From the NCBI GenBank assembly GCA_002269645.1, contig NIVC01001310.1, positions 1-64,000 of the forward strand: a stretch of DNA of 64,000 nucleotides. The letters run 5' to 3'. Below the pieces are notes generated by a model that worked only from the letters and a program-made list of their open reading frames with translations, was not told where the DNA came from and ran no database searches. The DNA is from Macrostomum lignano (lineage: Eukaryota). Positions 12,701 through 22,500 of the stretch are shown here, piece after piece. Each line of letters opens with the position of its first letter. Position 1 is the stretch's first letter. The translations under genes were made by a program, and so were the position numbers.

Positions 12701-15700
12701 TGCACGCGCAATAGCTTAACGACAGAGACCGAGAGCACTTAACTGGAAATCAAGGCCACTGGAAATCAAGGCCACTGGAAATCAAGGGCACTGGAAATCA
12801 AGGGCACTGGAAATCAAGGGCACTGGATATCAAGAGCACTGGAAATCAAGGCCACTGGAAATCAAGGCCACTGGAAATCAAGGGCACTGGAAATCAAGGG
12901 CACTGGAAATCAAGGGCACTGGAAATCAAGGGCACTGGATATCAAGGGCACTGGGAATCAAGGCCACTGGAAATCAAGGCCACTGGATATCAAGGGCACT
13001 GGGAATCAAGGCCACTGGAAATCAAGGACACTGGAAATCAAGGGCACTGGAAATCAAGGGCACTGGAAATCTAGCTACTGGAAACCAAGAGCACTTTACA
13101 ATCAAGCTACTGGAAATCAAGGGCACTGGGAAATCTAGCTACTGGAAATCAAGGGCACTGGGAATCAAGGGCACTGGAAATCAAGGACACTGGAAATCAA
13201 GGGCACTGGAAATCTAGCTACTGGAAACCAAGAGCACTTTACGATCAAGCTACTGGAAATCAAGCCATTGTCAACGAAAATGGAAAAAGCAATATGAAAC
13301 TCGAACGACTTTCCTTTTGGCTGAATTAGAGAGATCAATATTTGACATTCAATCTTAAATTTATTAGAGCAGCAACTTCTGACGTTTAGAGAGACATGTA
13401 AAAGTGACCCATTCTCGCGAACCTTTCAGCAGCAAAGAATTCTCGGGCTCTCTGCTGTCCGGTCGCTTCCTTAGCAGCACAGTGAACGAAGAGTTTAGAA
13501 AGCGTTTGATATGCCTGGGCGTGAATTTAATTGGCGGATTGACCAGATCTAACGCTTCGGTCAGTTTGACCAGCTTGTCCGAGCTGCGCAGTGTCGGACA
13601 GAATTCTTGCACCGCAATGCCGCATTGTCGAACCAGCATTAGCTGGTCGAATAGCACGTGATAGGGGAAGCAGTGCACGAACACCTCGGTGCTGACTAGG
13701 CTGCAGTCGGGATACGACGGTTGGAAATAATCTCCTACGTTCACGGCCAGGGACGCTGTTGTTAAGAAGGTCACTCGAATTCTGGCCAGGCTGCGGAATC
13801 GGCTGTTCTGAGCCAGCTCGATTGAGTCCGATTCAGAGCCTAACAGGGTCATGCGAATCTCTGTGCCGAATATCTCCCTAGCAACTGTGGTTAGCATGCC
13901 TGCCAATTGAACAAATTGAGATTTTGAGCATATATATAGTCGTTCGGTGCATGATGAACGCCTTAAGCAAACTCGTTTCCGTGAGTAGTGTGGTACATAC
14001 CAACTACGGCTATGTGTTAAAGATAGGACCATTGGTGTAGCATTGAGTTAAATATATCCTGTTCTAAGCCTTTGTATGGTTTCTCCAGAATGCAAGCACC
14101 CGCGATAAATGTATTCAAGAAATACATATTTATTAGAAATACATAAAGAACATTTTTATGAACTACATACACGAATGCGGTGTAAAAGTGCAAAGCGACC
14201 CTAACTTTCCTCGACCCTAACCCTCGTGGGGCGAGAGCTGCACGATAAGCTTCAGAGTCACATATTATTGTGACCATGAGGTTTTATACCCGTTTCAGCA
14301 TCGCTTCCTGGTGGTATATGAGCAAACGAAGAGACAAAAATATAAAAAATGGCAGTTATCATCGCAACCGTTGTATTACCTATCACCCAACCGTTCAAAC
14401 CTCGTCTAGAGCTGTAATAATTCAATATCATTTCTCCGGATGGATCGTAACTGTAGCTGAAAAAACAATTTGCAAGTAAAATAGAAAGCATTTCACGAAG
14501 TAAATCTAAAAAAACTATTGAACAAGCAATAAAAACAAAGACCTGAACGATGGAGGCACCAAGTCTTTGTTATCAACTTGCAAATAATCGTGCAACGAGT
14601 CCAACGAGCCGATAAACTTTTTCAAATCCTGGCCCAATGTGTAGATCATCTTGTCAAAGCCGTGCTTTTGAAAATAGCGAAACAGATGGCAGCCAAACAT
14701 TTCGAACATGTCGTCCATTGATTTGTCTGCGAGCATAGGAGGGAAGAACTTGATTCAAGGTTTCTTTTTCCAGTTATTCTGAAGCCTGAGAGTGATTCAA
14801 CGCTCGAGAGAGTGATTTCCAGTCTCAGCACTGCACCAAAACCCGAGAGAGTGACTCTCAGCACTGCACTAACACCCGAGAGAGTGACTCAGCACTGCAC
14901 TAACACCCGAGAGAGTGACTCAGCACTGCACTAACACCCGAGAGAGTGACTCAGCACTGCACTAACACCCGAGAGAGTGACTCTCAGCACAGCACCAATC
15001 TTTGGGAGAGTGACTCTCAGCACCGTATCAACTCCCGTCTCCCGAGTGACTCTCAGCACCGCATCAACTCTCGACAGAGTGACTCTCAGCATCGCATCAA
15101 CTCCCGAGAGAGTGACTCTCAGCACAGCAACAACTTTTGGGAGAGTGACTCTCAGCAACTTATTAACTCCCGTCTCCCGAGTGACTCTCAGCACAGCACC
15201 AACCTTCGAGAGTGATTCTCAGCAGCACTGCATCAACACATTAGAATTAGTATACAGTCAACAAAAGATACTACGCCACAAAATTCCATGGTTCCCAAGA
15301 ACGAAAAACCTGCTTAGAATGCGTACTAAATGAAAAGAAAACTGAATTTTTTTACCTTTAAACTCAAGCTTTTGAGCGGTCTCCATCATTTTGAAAAACA
15401 TTGCATCGGGATAGCTGTGAAACACCAGAAAATCCCGAGTTTCATCCAAATTGCACGTTTTTCTGCAGTTGACAATAAAGGTAATTCTGGCTTGGATTAA
15501 GAGACATTATATATACTCAGCAACATTTAAAAGCCGCCAACCTTTGCCCCAGTGAGCAGCGTCTATCACCTGACCAACCACTTTGATATTAAAAAATTCT
15601 TTAAAAAAAACAATGAAAACCGGGCGTAAGCTCCAATCCATCTTATTTTTGCCCTCCGCTCTTCCCAATCTCAACTCTGCGAGCAAGTTGCGTCACTCAG

Positions 15701-16869
15701 AGGTCAATACTGAGCTAGAATTTACCGTGAGCACTCTCAAAGGTGGCGACTTTTTAATGTCGCTGAGTATATTTCTATTGTAAAGAATAAAGATTACCGT
15801 TCGTATAAGAATGAACTTACGCAATTCGTTCCCAGGCCTCAGGTGGTAACAGGTTATTGATCATATCTTTGAAGTTTACATGAATATGACCGTACTAAAA
15901 AATAGAACGAATCATTTCAATAAATAAAAAGTAGCTAAGATTAAGGAGGAATTAAGAAGGGTGTAACCAAAAATTTTGTAGCCAAACCAGACTTAAGCCA
16001 CATAAATTTGTAGGAGATATGACCCTTAGGTAGGAGTTAGGAGAGTAAACTGTGCTGGTAGCCCACCATGAAATCGATAAGCTTTACTTCTTTTTACGTT
16101 ATTTTACTTTACAGATTTACTTCATAAGGTCGATATTTCACAACGTCGAAACCTTATTATAATTATAACAAGAACCTTGCAGTAGTTTTTGACGTGAAAT
16201 TTCGACCATGTGAAGCTTTGACAAGTCTTCGACTTTGTGCTTGCAATGTGAAATTTAGAGTTTTGTGAACTCCTAAAATAGGCGAGCCATGAAATTGATT
16301 GGCTTTCTCTCTGCTAAGTACGCAGGCAGAGACAGCAATTAGCACATTGTACAGCTCTAGGGGTTATGAAAGAATGTGTGGGCCTGATGGGCAAGCCACA
16401 AAATCAATAATAGCCTTCACCCAAGAAGGCAGTCGAGTCAGAAAGACAGCAGCAATAAAATGGTAAGGGGTCATAAAATCGATGCCTGTTTCACCCAACC
16501 CCAAACTGGCGGACGGAACGACAAAATAAGTGTCAGATAAGGGGGTTGAAGGTTGGACTGACAAGCCCGTTAAAAAAAACCGATGGCCTGAACACCCACC
16601 CCAAACGGGCGGATAAAGAGAGCAGTTAAATCGAAACATCTGATAAAGATAAAGGATAGAGAATAGTAATAGTGGACCGCGGGCCAATAAAATCGATTAC
16701 CCTAAATGTACTTTACGCTTGGAAGCGGACAAAATGGCAATACTCGTAGGTTTCTTTTATTCAGAGCAGGTTTTAGTGAGGGTATCAACTATCAATCAAT
16801 CAATGCGTCAAAATGATACACACAAGTACAATCAGTTTAGATTATTTGACCAAACCGAGTGCTTACCAT
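6573..16869 (-). CDS. Soluble guanylate cyclase subunit (H-NOX, HNOBA/PAS, coiled coil, cyclase); 10 coding exons: 16867-16869, 15821-15894, 15356-15462, 14543-14726, 14380-14456, 13423-13899, 12315-12634, 10932-11227, 7353-7507, 6573-6726
   Basis: Spliced translation [27 protein letters not shown]...LDSLHDYL...YYSSRRGL...GQMIYL...LFSDIV...[11 protein letters not shown]...[16 protein letters not shown]...RFCLFG...[11 protein letters not shown]...TYFL. All introns are GT-AG with consistent phases except one 1-bp loss at 12584-12586. ATG-only first coding exon plus 74-bp second exon is the conserved sGC-beta layout. Confidence 0.93.
7125..7322. repeat. (GATT)n microsatellite in sGC intron
   Basis: Direct reading. 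Confidence 0.95.
7353..7507 (-). CDS. sGC cyclase exon
   Basis: [47 protein letters not shown]; AG/GT boundaries. Confidence 0.92.
7598..7826. repeat. Tandem minisatellite, 23-bp unit (CTTAGGTCTGTCACACTTTCCTG); resumes at 9153 after the mariner
   Basis: Direct reading. Confidence 0.93.
7828..9150 (+). mobile_element. Mariner-like element (D,D34D) with frameshifted transposase at 8052-8968
   Basis: Imperfect TIRs CGAAGGGCAGACAGAAAGTCTCGAACTTTG / AAAGTCCGAGAACTTTTTGACTGCCCCTCG followed by TA; motifs [14 protein letters not shown](ARPH), [16 protein letters not shown]. Confidence 0.92.
9695..10398 (-). CDS. Secreted C-type lectin domain + PAN/Apple-like domain protein; intronless, nested in an sGC intron; one 1-bp frameshift at ~10277-10279
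   Basis: Signal peptide [21 protein letters not shown]; C..PF...GSCLY...[16 protein letters not shown]...YYIGVTD...WRFANG...W...PNN...FVCQ; then C..LC.....CRAVLFN.....C.M. Confidence 0.8.
10932..11227 (-). CDS. sGC cyclase exon
   Basis: [17 protein letters not shown]...[17 protein letters not shown]...[12 protein letters not shown]. Confidence 0.94.
11345..12240. repeat. Tandem minisatellite, 40-bp unit (AGGAGAACAAGCTACAAAGACCAGTGTCTAAGAGTTGACT)
   Basis: About 22 near-perfect units. Confidence 0.97.
12315..12634 (-). CDS. sGC HNOBA/coiled-coil exon with a 1-bp deletion
   Basis: [46 protein letters not shown]...[24 protein letters not shown]. Confidence 0.9.
12738..13268. repeat. Tandem minisatellite, ~16-bp unit (CACTGGAAATCAAGGG)
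   Basis: Direct reading. Confidence 0.93.
13423..13899 (-). CDS. sGC H-NOX end/PAS exon
   Basis: [15 protein letters not shown]...[15 protein letters not shown]...[17 protein letters not shown]...LLLKG. Confidence 0.9.
14380..14726 (-). CDS. Two sGC H-NOX exons (14543-14726, 14380-14456)
   Basis: [33 protein letters not shown]; [14 protein letters not shown] (YxSxR motif). Confidence 0.92.
14805..15240. repeat. Tandem minisatellite, ~33-bp unit with GAGAGTGACTCTC near-palindrome
   Basis: Direct reading. Confidence 0.92.
15356..15894 (-). CDS. sGC N-terminal exons (15821-15894, 15356-15462)
   Basis: [25 protein letters not shown] / [32 protein letters not shown]. Confidence 0.9.
15514..15769. 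mobile_element. MITE with ~35-bp TIRs and TA flanks (Tc1/mariner-like, non-autonomous)
   Basis: TA|TACTCAGCAACATTTAAAAGCCGCCAACCTTTG ... CAAAGGTGGCGACTTTTTAATGTCGCTGAGTA|TA; second copy at 28837-29121. Confidence 0.8.
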
Positions 16870-17290
16870 TGCGACAAATTCGTTTTATTCCGTATCTTGT
16901 TGGGCACTATATAAAATATTGTACGACCTGTTTTAAGTAATGTTTTTAACTGAAACCGATGAACTGAATCAAGATTATGCGCTGCATGATAATGCAAATA
17001 TACGAATAATACGAGCTGACTCAAACGAATTAGGGAAGATCCCCCAATGCAGGGAGTTCTAATTGGTCAATTTCTCCACCCTCTTCTCTCTTGCTCATCA
17101 TTCGCGGGGGTCAGTTAGAGGTTAATAACATGCCGGAATTAATTCCAACAGCCTCAAATCATTCGTTTGCCAATTAATGCAGCCATGCAGCCAAGTAAAG
17201 AGGGATCGGGATTGAATTAATGAGAGAATTATACTACCGATCAGGTCCGCTAATCAGATCAGCTAGCTGCATGTTCGAGTCGAAAAAGAG

Positions 17291-18369
17291 TGTGCCAGTG
17301 CTATTTTTGTAAACTTTTTTACCAAGTCTGATATTTTTGTCGTTCATTTTGCCTTACTAATAACCAAGTTGCCTAAATACATTAGCTTTTCTCGTTTTTT
17401 ACGTAAATTCATTGTTTTTGTCATTATTAATTTTAGCATTATCAAGAAGTAAGTATACGTAAATAAATACCTGGTTTTATACTGTAACTTTGCTGCTAAT
17501 AAATTCTTTTATATATTTTTGTTTAAAATTGTCCGCCATAGTTAGTAAAATTAGTATATATACGCGCAAATACACTTCAATTCTGCATGCTTCTGGTGCC
17601 TCCTCCTTTTGGCGATTGCTCCTAGCTAAGTCTGGAGTATGAACAGTTTGTTCTAAAAATAGAATTGATTCAGCCTTCAGTCCTACTTTCTTTCCCCCAT
17701 AACCCCATATTCCTTAGAAGCCCCGACCGTTTCTCCCCTCCCGGTGAACACCTCCTCTTTCCCCCCCCCCCTCGTTGAAAGAACTGTGTTCTCCCTTCCT
17801 TTCCCCAGTCAAGTGTACAGTCAGGCCTCCCTCCCTCTCCCGTTCCCCCCCCCCACGTGCACGCCGCCCAGTCGTAGCGCATATCTAGCGACTTACCCCA
17901 AGTCTTAGATATTCTCTTTCCCTATCAGGCCCATTTCGTATCCCATGTCAGCATTCCCCATTAGATATTGACATGCCCCATTAGATACTGAAATTACCCA
18001 TTAGTTATTGAAATTCCCCATTAGTGCGTTTACCCCAGGCAACTCTGATCCACCGCGTGCCCTCCCTCGGACTAATTCCAGTAAAATATAAATAGACAGT
18101 GTCTTGCCGCTCGGACACTCACGCCACCAGGAGCAACCATTGGCTTACTCCTATTAGTAATAAAACTAGCATATCTTTCAGAAATTCCAAGAATCCCATT
18201 AATTCCCCATAACAGATTTGGTGTCAGCATAGGAAAACTTCCCTCCCCCAAGACCCCTGTAACAGATTTTGGTAGCAACATTGTGATTAAACCACAGGCG
18301 AAAGTTTACCCTGTAACAGAATTTGGTGACAGCAGTGGGATTTTCTTAATAATAAACAGCCCTACAACA
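17291..18369 (+). repeat. 5' LTR
   Basis: Direct repeat of 25567-26645. Confidence 0.97.
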
Positions 18370-18374
18370 GATTT

Positions 18375-18387
18375 TGGTGGCAGCGGT
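18375..18387 (+). promoter_or_regulatory. Primer-binding site TGGTGGCAGCGGT (tRNA-Leu AAG/TAG type)
   Basis: 5 nt after the LTR end; complementary to the 3' end ...ACCGCUGCCACCA of metazoan tRNA-Leu(AAG/UAG). Confidence 0.85.
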
Positions 18388-18452
18388 AAAGGATTAGAAT
18401 CTGGAGAAACGCGCATCCCAGCCTAATTTCCCATCCCTATCCCTGAAGTATA

Positions 18453-19421
18453 ATGGCCGCAGGAATCAATGAAGCCCTAGGACTCTTAGCTGAAGAGCTC
18501 CGCAACCGACTCGAATTAGGCCCCCTTAGACATGTGAAAATCCAGAAGTACCTTCCCAGCCAAGATATCAGAGTCTGGCTCACTGCATTTGACCAGAGAT
18601 GTGAAAATGAAGGAATAGATGAGGAAAACCGAAAGCAGGAATTATTGACCAACTTAGATCTAAGCACTGCGTTTGCAGCAGTTCAACGCCTCAACCTCCC
18701 AGCTAATCTCCCCTATGAAGAATTCAAAGAGAGACTGATCGAAAGATTTGGAAAAGTAGGTAGCTCCGCCGAATTCCGCGAAGAGTTTAGGAATCGCTGC
18801 CAAGGCAGAAACGAATCCACTGACAGCTTTGCCGATGCCCTGATTGAATTAGCCTCCCGCGCATTCCTGAACATGGATGCTGAGCAAAGAGAAGAAGAAC
18901 TGGTCGAACAGTTCATTAAAGGTGTGAGAACCCCTCCCGACACCCGTGAAAAGCTAATTTTTGCCCAACCTGCTAGTCTCCAAGCCGCCCGCAGAATGCT
19001 GCGCAGAATTGAAGCTGCTTACCAGATGTCCCATAAAGGTGGAATCCGAGTAACTAAGGAAGAAAAAGAGGAGTATAAAGACAGAACTGACCAGTTGATC
19101 ATCAATCAGCAGAACCAGATTGATCGCCAAGAACGAGTCATCCAGGACTTAAAGAAGCAGCTAGCAGCGCAAAGCGCTCCGCCACCCCAAGCCTATCCCC
19201 AGCAACAGTATAGACAGCCACCCCCTCAGCAGTATAGACAGCCACCTCCTCAGCAGTACAGACCGCAACCCCAGCAGCAGTTCAGACAGCCACCCCAGCA
19301 GCTGATGAACCAACCGCCAAGGCGTGAACCCCCAAGAAGGAATGAGCGTCAGCCCCCCAATCCCAGATATGAGCCGCTGAAGTTCCGTAACCCCCGTGAC
19401 TCCCAGAAGTCGGGAAACTGA
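18453..19421 (+). CDS. gag: Gypsy Gag (322 aa), Q/P-rich C-terminus, no zinc knuckle
   Basis: WLTAFD...LKERLIERFG...RCQGRNESTDSFADALIELASRAF...FIKGV retrotransposon capsid pattern; position after PBS. Confidence 0.92.
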   Translation: MAAGINEALGLLAEELRNRLELGPLRHVKIQKYLPSQDIRVWLTAFDQRCENEGIDEENRKQELLTNLDLSTAFAAVQRLNLPANLPYEEFKERLIERFGKVGSSAEFREEFRNRCQGRNESTDSFADALIELASRAFLNMDAEQREEELVEQFIKGVRTPPDTREKLIFAQPASLQAARRMLRRIEAAYQMSHKGGIRVTKEEKEEYKDRTDQLIINQQNQIDRQERVIQDLKKQLAAQSAPPPQAYPQQQYRQPPPQQYRQPPPQQYRPQPQQQFRQPPQQLMNQPPRREPPRRNERQPPNPRYEPLKFRNPRDSQKSGN

Positions 19422-19576
19422 GAAGCCAGGGTCGAGTTAAGAGGCCACGCCCCTCAGGCCAAAATATTGCTTATTCTCCGGCCTCCCCATCATTCGGAAA
19501 TGCCCCCCAACCAAAATACCGGCAACCTCCCCAGTACGGTTTCCGCTATCCCCGCAAAACCTCTCATGTACAGCCA

Positions 19577-22500
19577 ATGCCTGTAAATAACGCGATATTT
19601 GTCTCCCCCAATAATTTCTCACTTCTTGCCTTTGATGATGCCGACGATGCCATGCCAAATGCCCCCCATGACCCCCATGTGTACAATTCCCCCCATGCGA
19701 CCGCCTCTCATGTAACCAATGCGACCAAAGCTCATGTACATCATGCGTCCGCACCCCGTGTACCCACTGCGCTTGCACCCCATGTACCCCATGCGAGTGA
19801 AACCAATAATGCTCTATCCAGTGCTGAAACCCGCTCAAAGAAGCGACGAAAGCCAAAACCCAATTCCCCATCCCGAATCGACCTGACCAAGCTAGAAGGC
19901 TATGAAGCTGTAATTGTCGGCGATATCCAGAAAGAATCGATTGATTTCTTGCTAGACACAGGTGCCAGAAATAATTTCCTGAGCCGCTCAACCTGGTCTA
20001 AGCTGTTCCGTTCCGATCAAATCCGAGACACTAGCAAAAGCATCAGTACATTTGACGGTACCCCAGTCCAATTAGAAGGAGAAGTATCCGCCCAAGTGAA
20101 GTTTGGCGATATCCAAATCGAAGTTGATTTCCTCTTATGCCGACACGATTGCGATAATATCTTAGGAATGGAATTTTTCCTGTCCCAATGCGAAAGCATT
20201 CAGCTAGCCAAAGGAATGCTAGTGCTTAATGAAGGTACCTGTATACCCATGCAGTATACCCGCCTCCCCGTGAAAGTTTGCCGAGTCTATACTCAAGAAA
20301 GAGCAATCATCCCAGCTAATAGTGCCCTTCGAATACCCGTGAAATTAGCTAAGAATTGTGAATCGAATTACGGCACCCCCATGACCATTGAAGCTATTGG
20401 CGATACTGTCCGAACCCGTGATTTCTCATTAGAAATGGTTCCAACCTTAGTAACAATGAAAGAAGGCAAAGGAATTGTCGAAATTATTAACCGTCACCCA
20501 GTAGACGTGAATCTAACTAAAACCTCCCTAATTGGCCTAGCCAGACCCATGAAAGCTAAAGACTTAACCTATTGGCAAACCCCAACTCCCAACCCCCAAC
20601 CCCCTGCGAAAGTCAACCAGACTCAATGTACTGAAGATTCCTGGATTAATGAAGTGAGTCTTGGCCCTGAACTGTCGGATGAACAGCGAAAAGCAGTCAT
20701 CGACTTAATGAAAGAGAACCGTGAAGCCTTTTCCCAGAATGAATTAGACATGGGCCTGACCCACTTAGTAACTCACGAAATCTCTATTAAAGACCCCACC
20801 CCCGTTAGAATCCCAGCCAGACGCATCCCCCCACACTTGCAAAAGCAAGTTGACGCCCAATTAGACGATATGTTAGCCAAAAACTTAATTAGACCCTGCT
20901 ATTCAACCTACTCCACCCCCCTAGTAATTGTCCCCAAGAAAGACGGTTCTATCAGAATCGTGAGCGATTTCCGAGTGCTCAACTCAAGAGTTAATTATTA
21001 CCCCTACCCCCTCCCCAATATCCAAGAGACCTTCTCCCACCTGACTGGTAGCCAATACTTTAGCAGCCTTGATTTAAACTCCGGATACTGGCAAGTCCCC
21101 ATCAAAGAAGAAGATAAGCATAGAACCGCCTTCTCCACCCTAACTAGAGGCCAATTTGAATACCAAGTAATGGCCCAAGGACTTTCCAATGCCCCCGGAA
21201 CCTTCCAACGCTTAATGAATTTAGTCCTATTAGGAATCCAGCATAAGTTCGCCATGTCCTATATCGATGACATAATCGCCTACTCCCAAAATTTTGCCGA
21301 CCATTTAGATCACTTAAGAGAAGTATTTAAGCGACTTATTGCCGCAGGTCTGAAGTTGAGACCCAAAAAGTGCAACCTTTTCCATCACGAGTTGAAATAT
21401 CTAGGACACGTGATTGGCCGACAAGGCATTCAAACAGACAAGACGAAGATTGAAGCTATCCAAACTTGGCCCCGTCCCAAAGACGTAAAAGAACTACGCA
21501 GTTTTCTTGGCCTATGCAATTACTATTGCCGATTTGTGAAAAATTATGCCGAAGTGGCTCACCCCCTATTTCAACTGACCCGAAAAGGAGTCCAGAATTT
21601 CCAATCTAAGTGGAGCAAAGTGCATGACGAAGCCTTTGAATCCCTGAAGCAGCGAATGATGTCTACCGAAGTGTTAGCCTACCCCGAATATGTCGAAGAT
21701 GAAAATGTGAAGATGGTGCTCGACACAGATGCCAGTGACGACAGGATTGGCGCATGCCTTGGCCAAATCCAGAGTGATGGCATAGAGCGACCAATAGCCT
21801 ATTTTAGTAGAGCAATGAAGGAATCAGAGAAACGATACCCCATTACCCGGAAAGAATTGTTAGCCCTTGTCGACGCTATGAGGCATTTCAGATTTTATCT
21901 GATCGGCAAGAAATTCTTAGCCCGAACTGATCATAAAGCGATAATTTGGCTCATGAGACAAACTGAAGCAACCGGAATCCTAGGAAGATGGATAGAGCGC
22001 CTAAATGAATTCAGGTTCGACATTGAACACAGAAGCGGCGCAAAACATTCCAATGCCGACGGATTGTCGCGAAGACCAGCTGAGATAGCTGAAGCCCCTG
22101 AAATATCCCCTGAAGCAGCCCCCGAACTTGCTGAAACAGCACCTGAAGTCCCTGACGCAGCCACTGAGTCTGCTGAAGCGATCCCTGAAACCCGTGAAGC
22201 ATCTGAAGAAAATTTTGAGAGAACTGAGCCAATCCCTGAGAAAGTTGAGAAATTGACCCCTGTTCCCCTGAGAGATGAGAGTGCTCCCGCTGAAACTAAG
22301 GACAACCCCATGTCCCAGTCACCTGAAGCTCTGACAGAAAGCGAGACCCAGACTGAATGTCCCGAATCTAGGACAAAGTTAATTGTCTCAGGTAGAGAAG
22401 TAGAAGCAGAAAAGGAGACAGGAAAGTGTGAGAAACTATTAACTGATTATCTTCCCAGCCCCCTGAAGAAAGAACAAATGCTAGAAGCCCAAGCTGCTGA

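Noticed and set aside
18205-18392. CRISPR array interpretation of the repeat-spacer pattern
   Set aside because: Repeats are short and degenerate, lie in a eukaryotic LTR, match LTR-end/PBS grammar, and no cas genes are present
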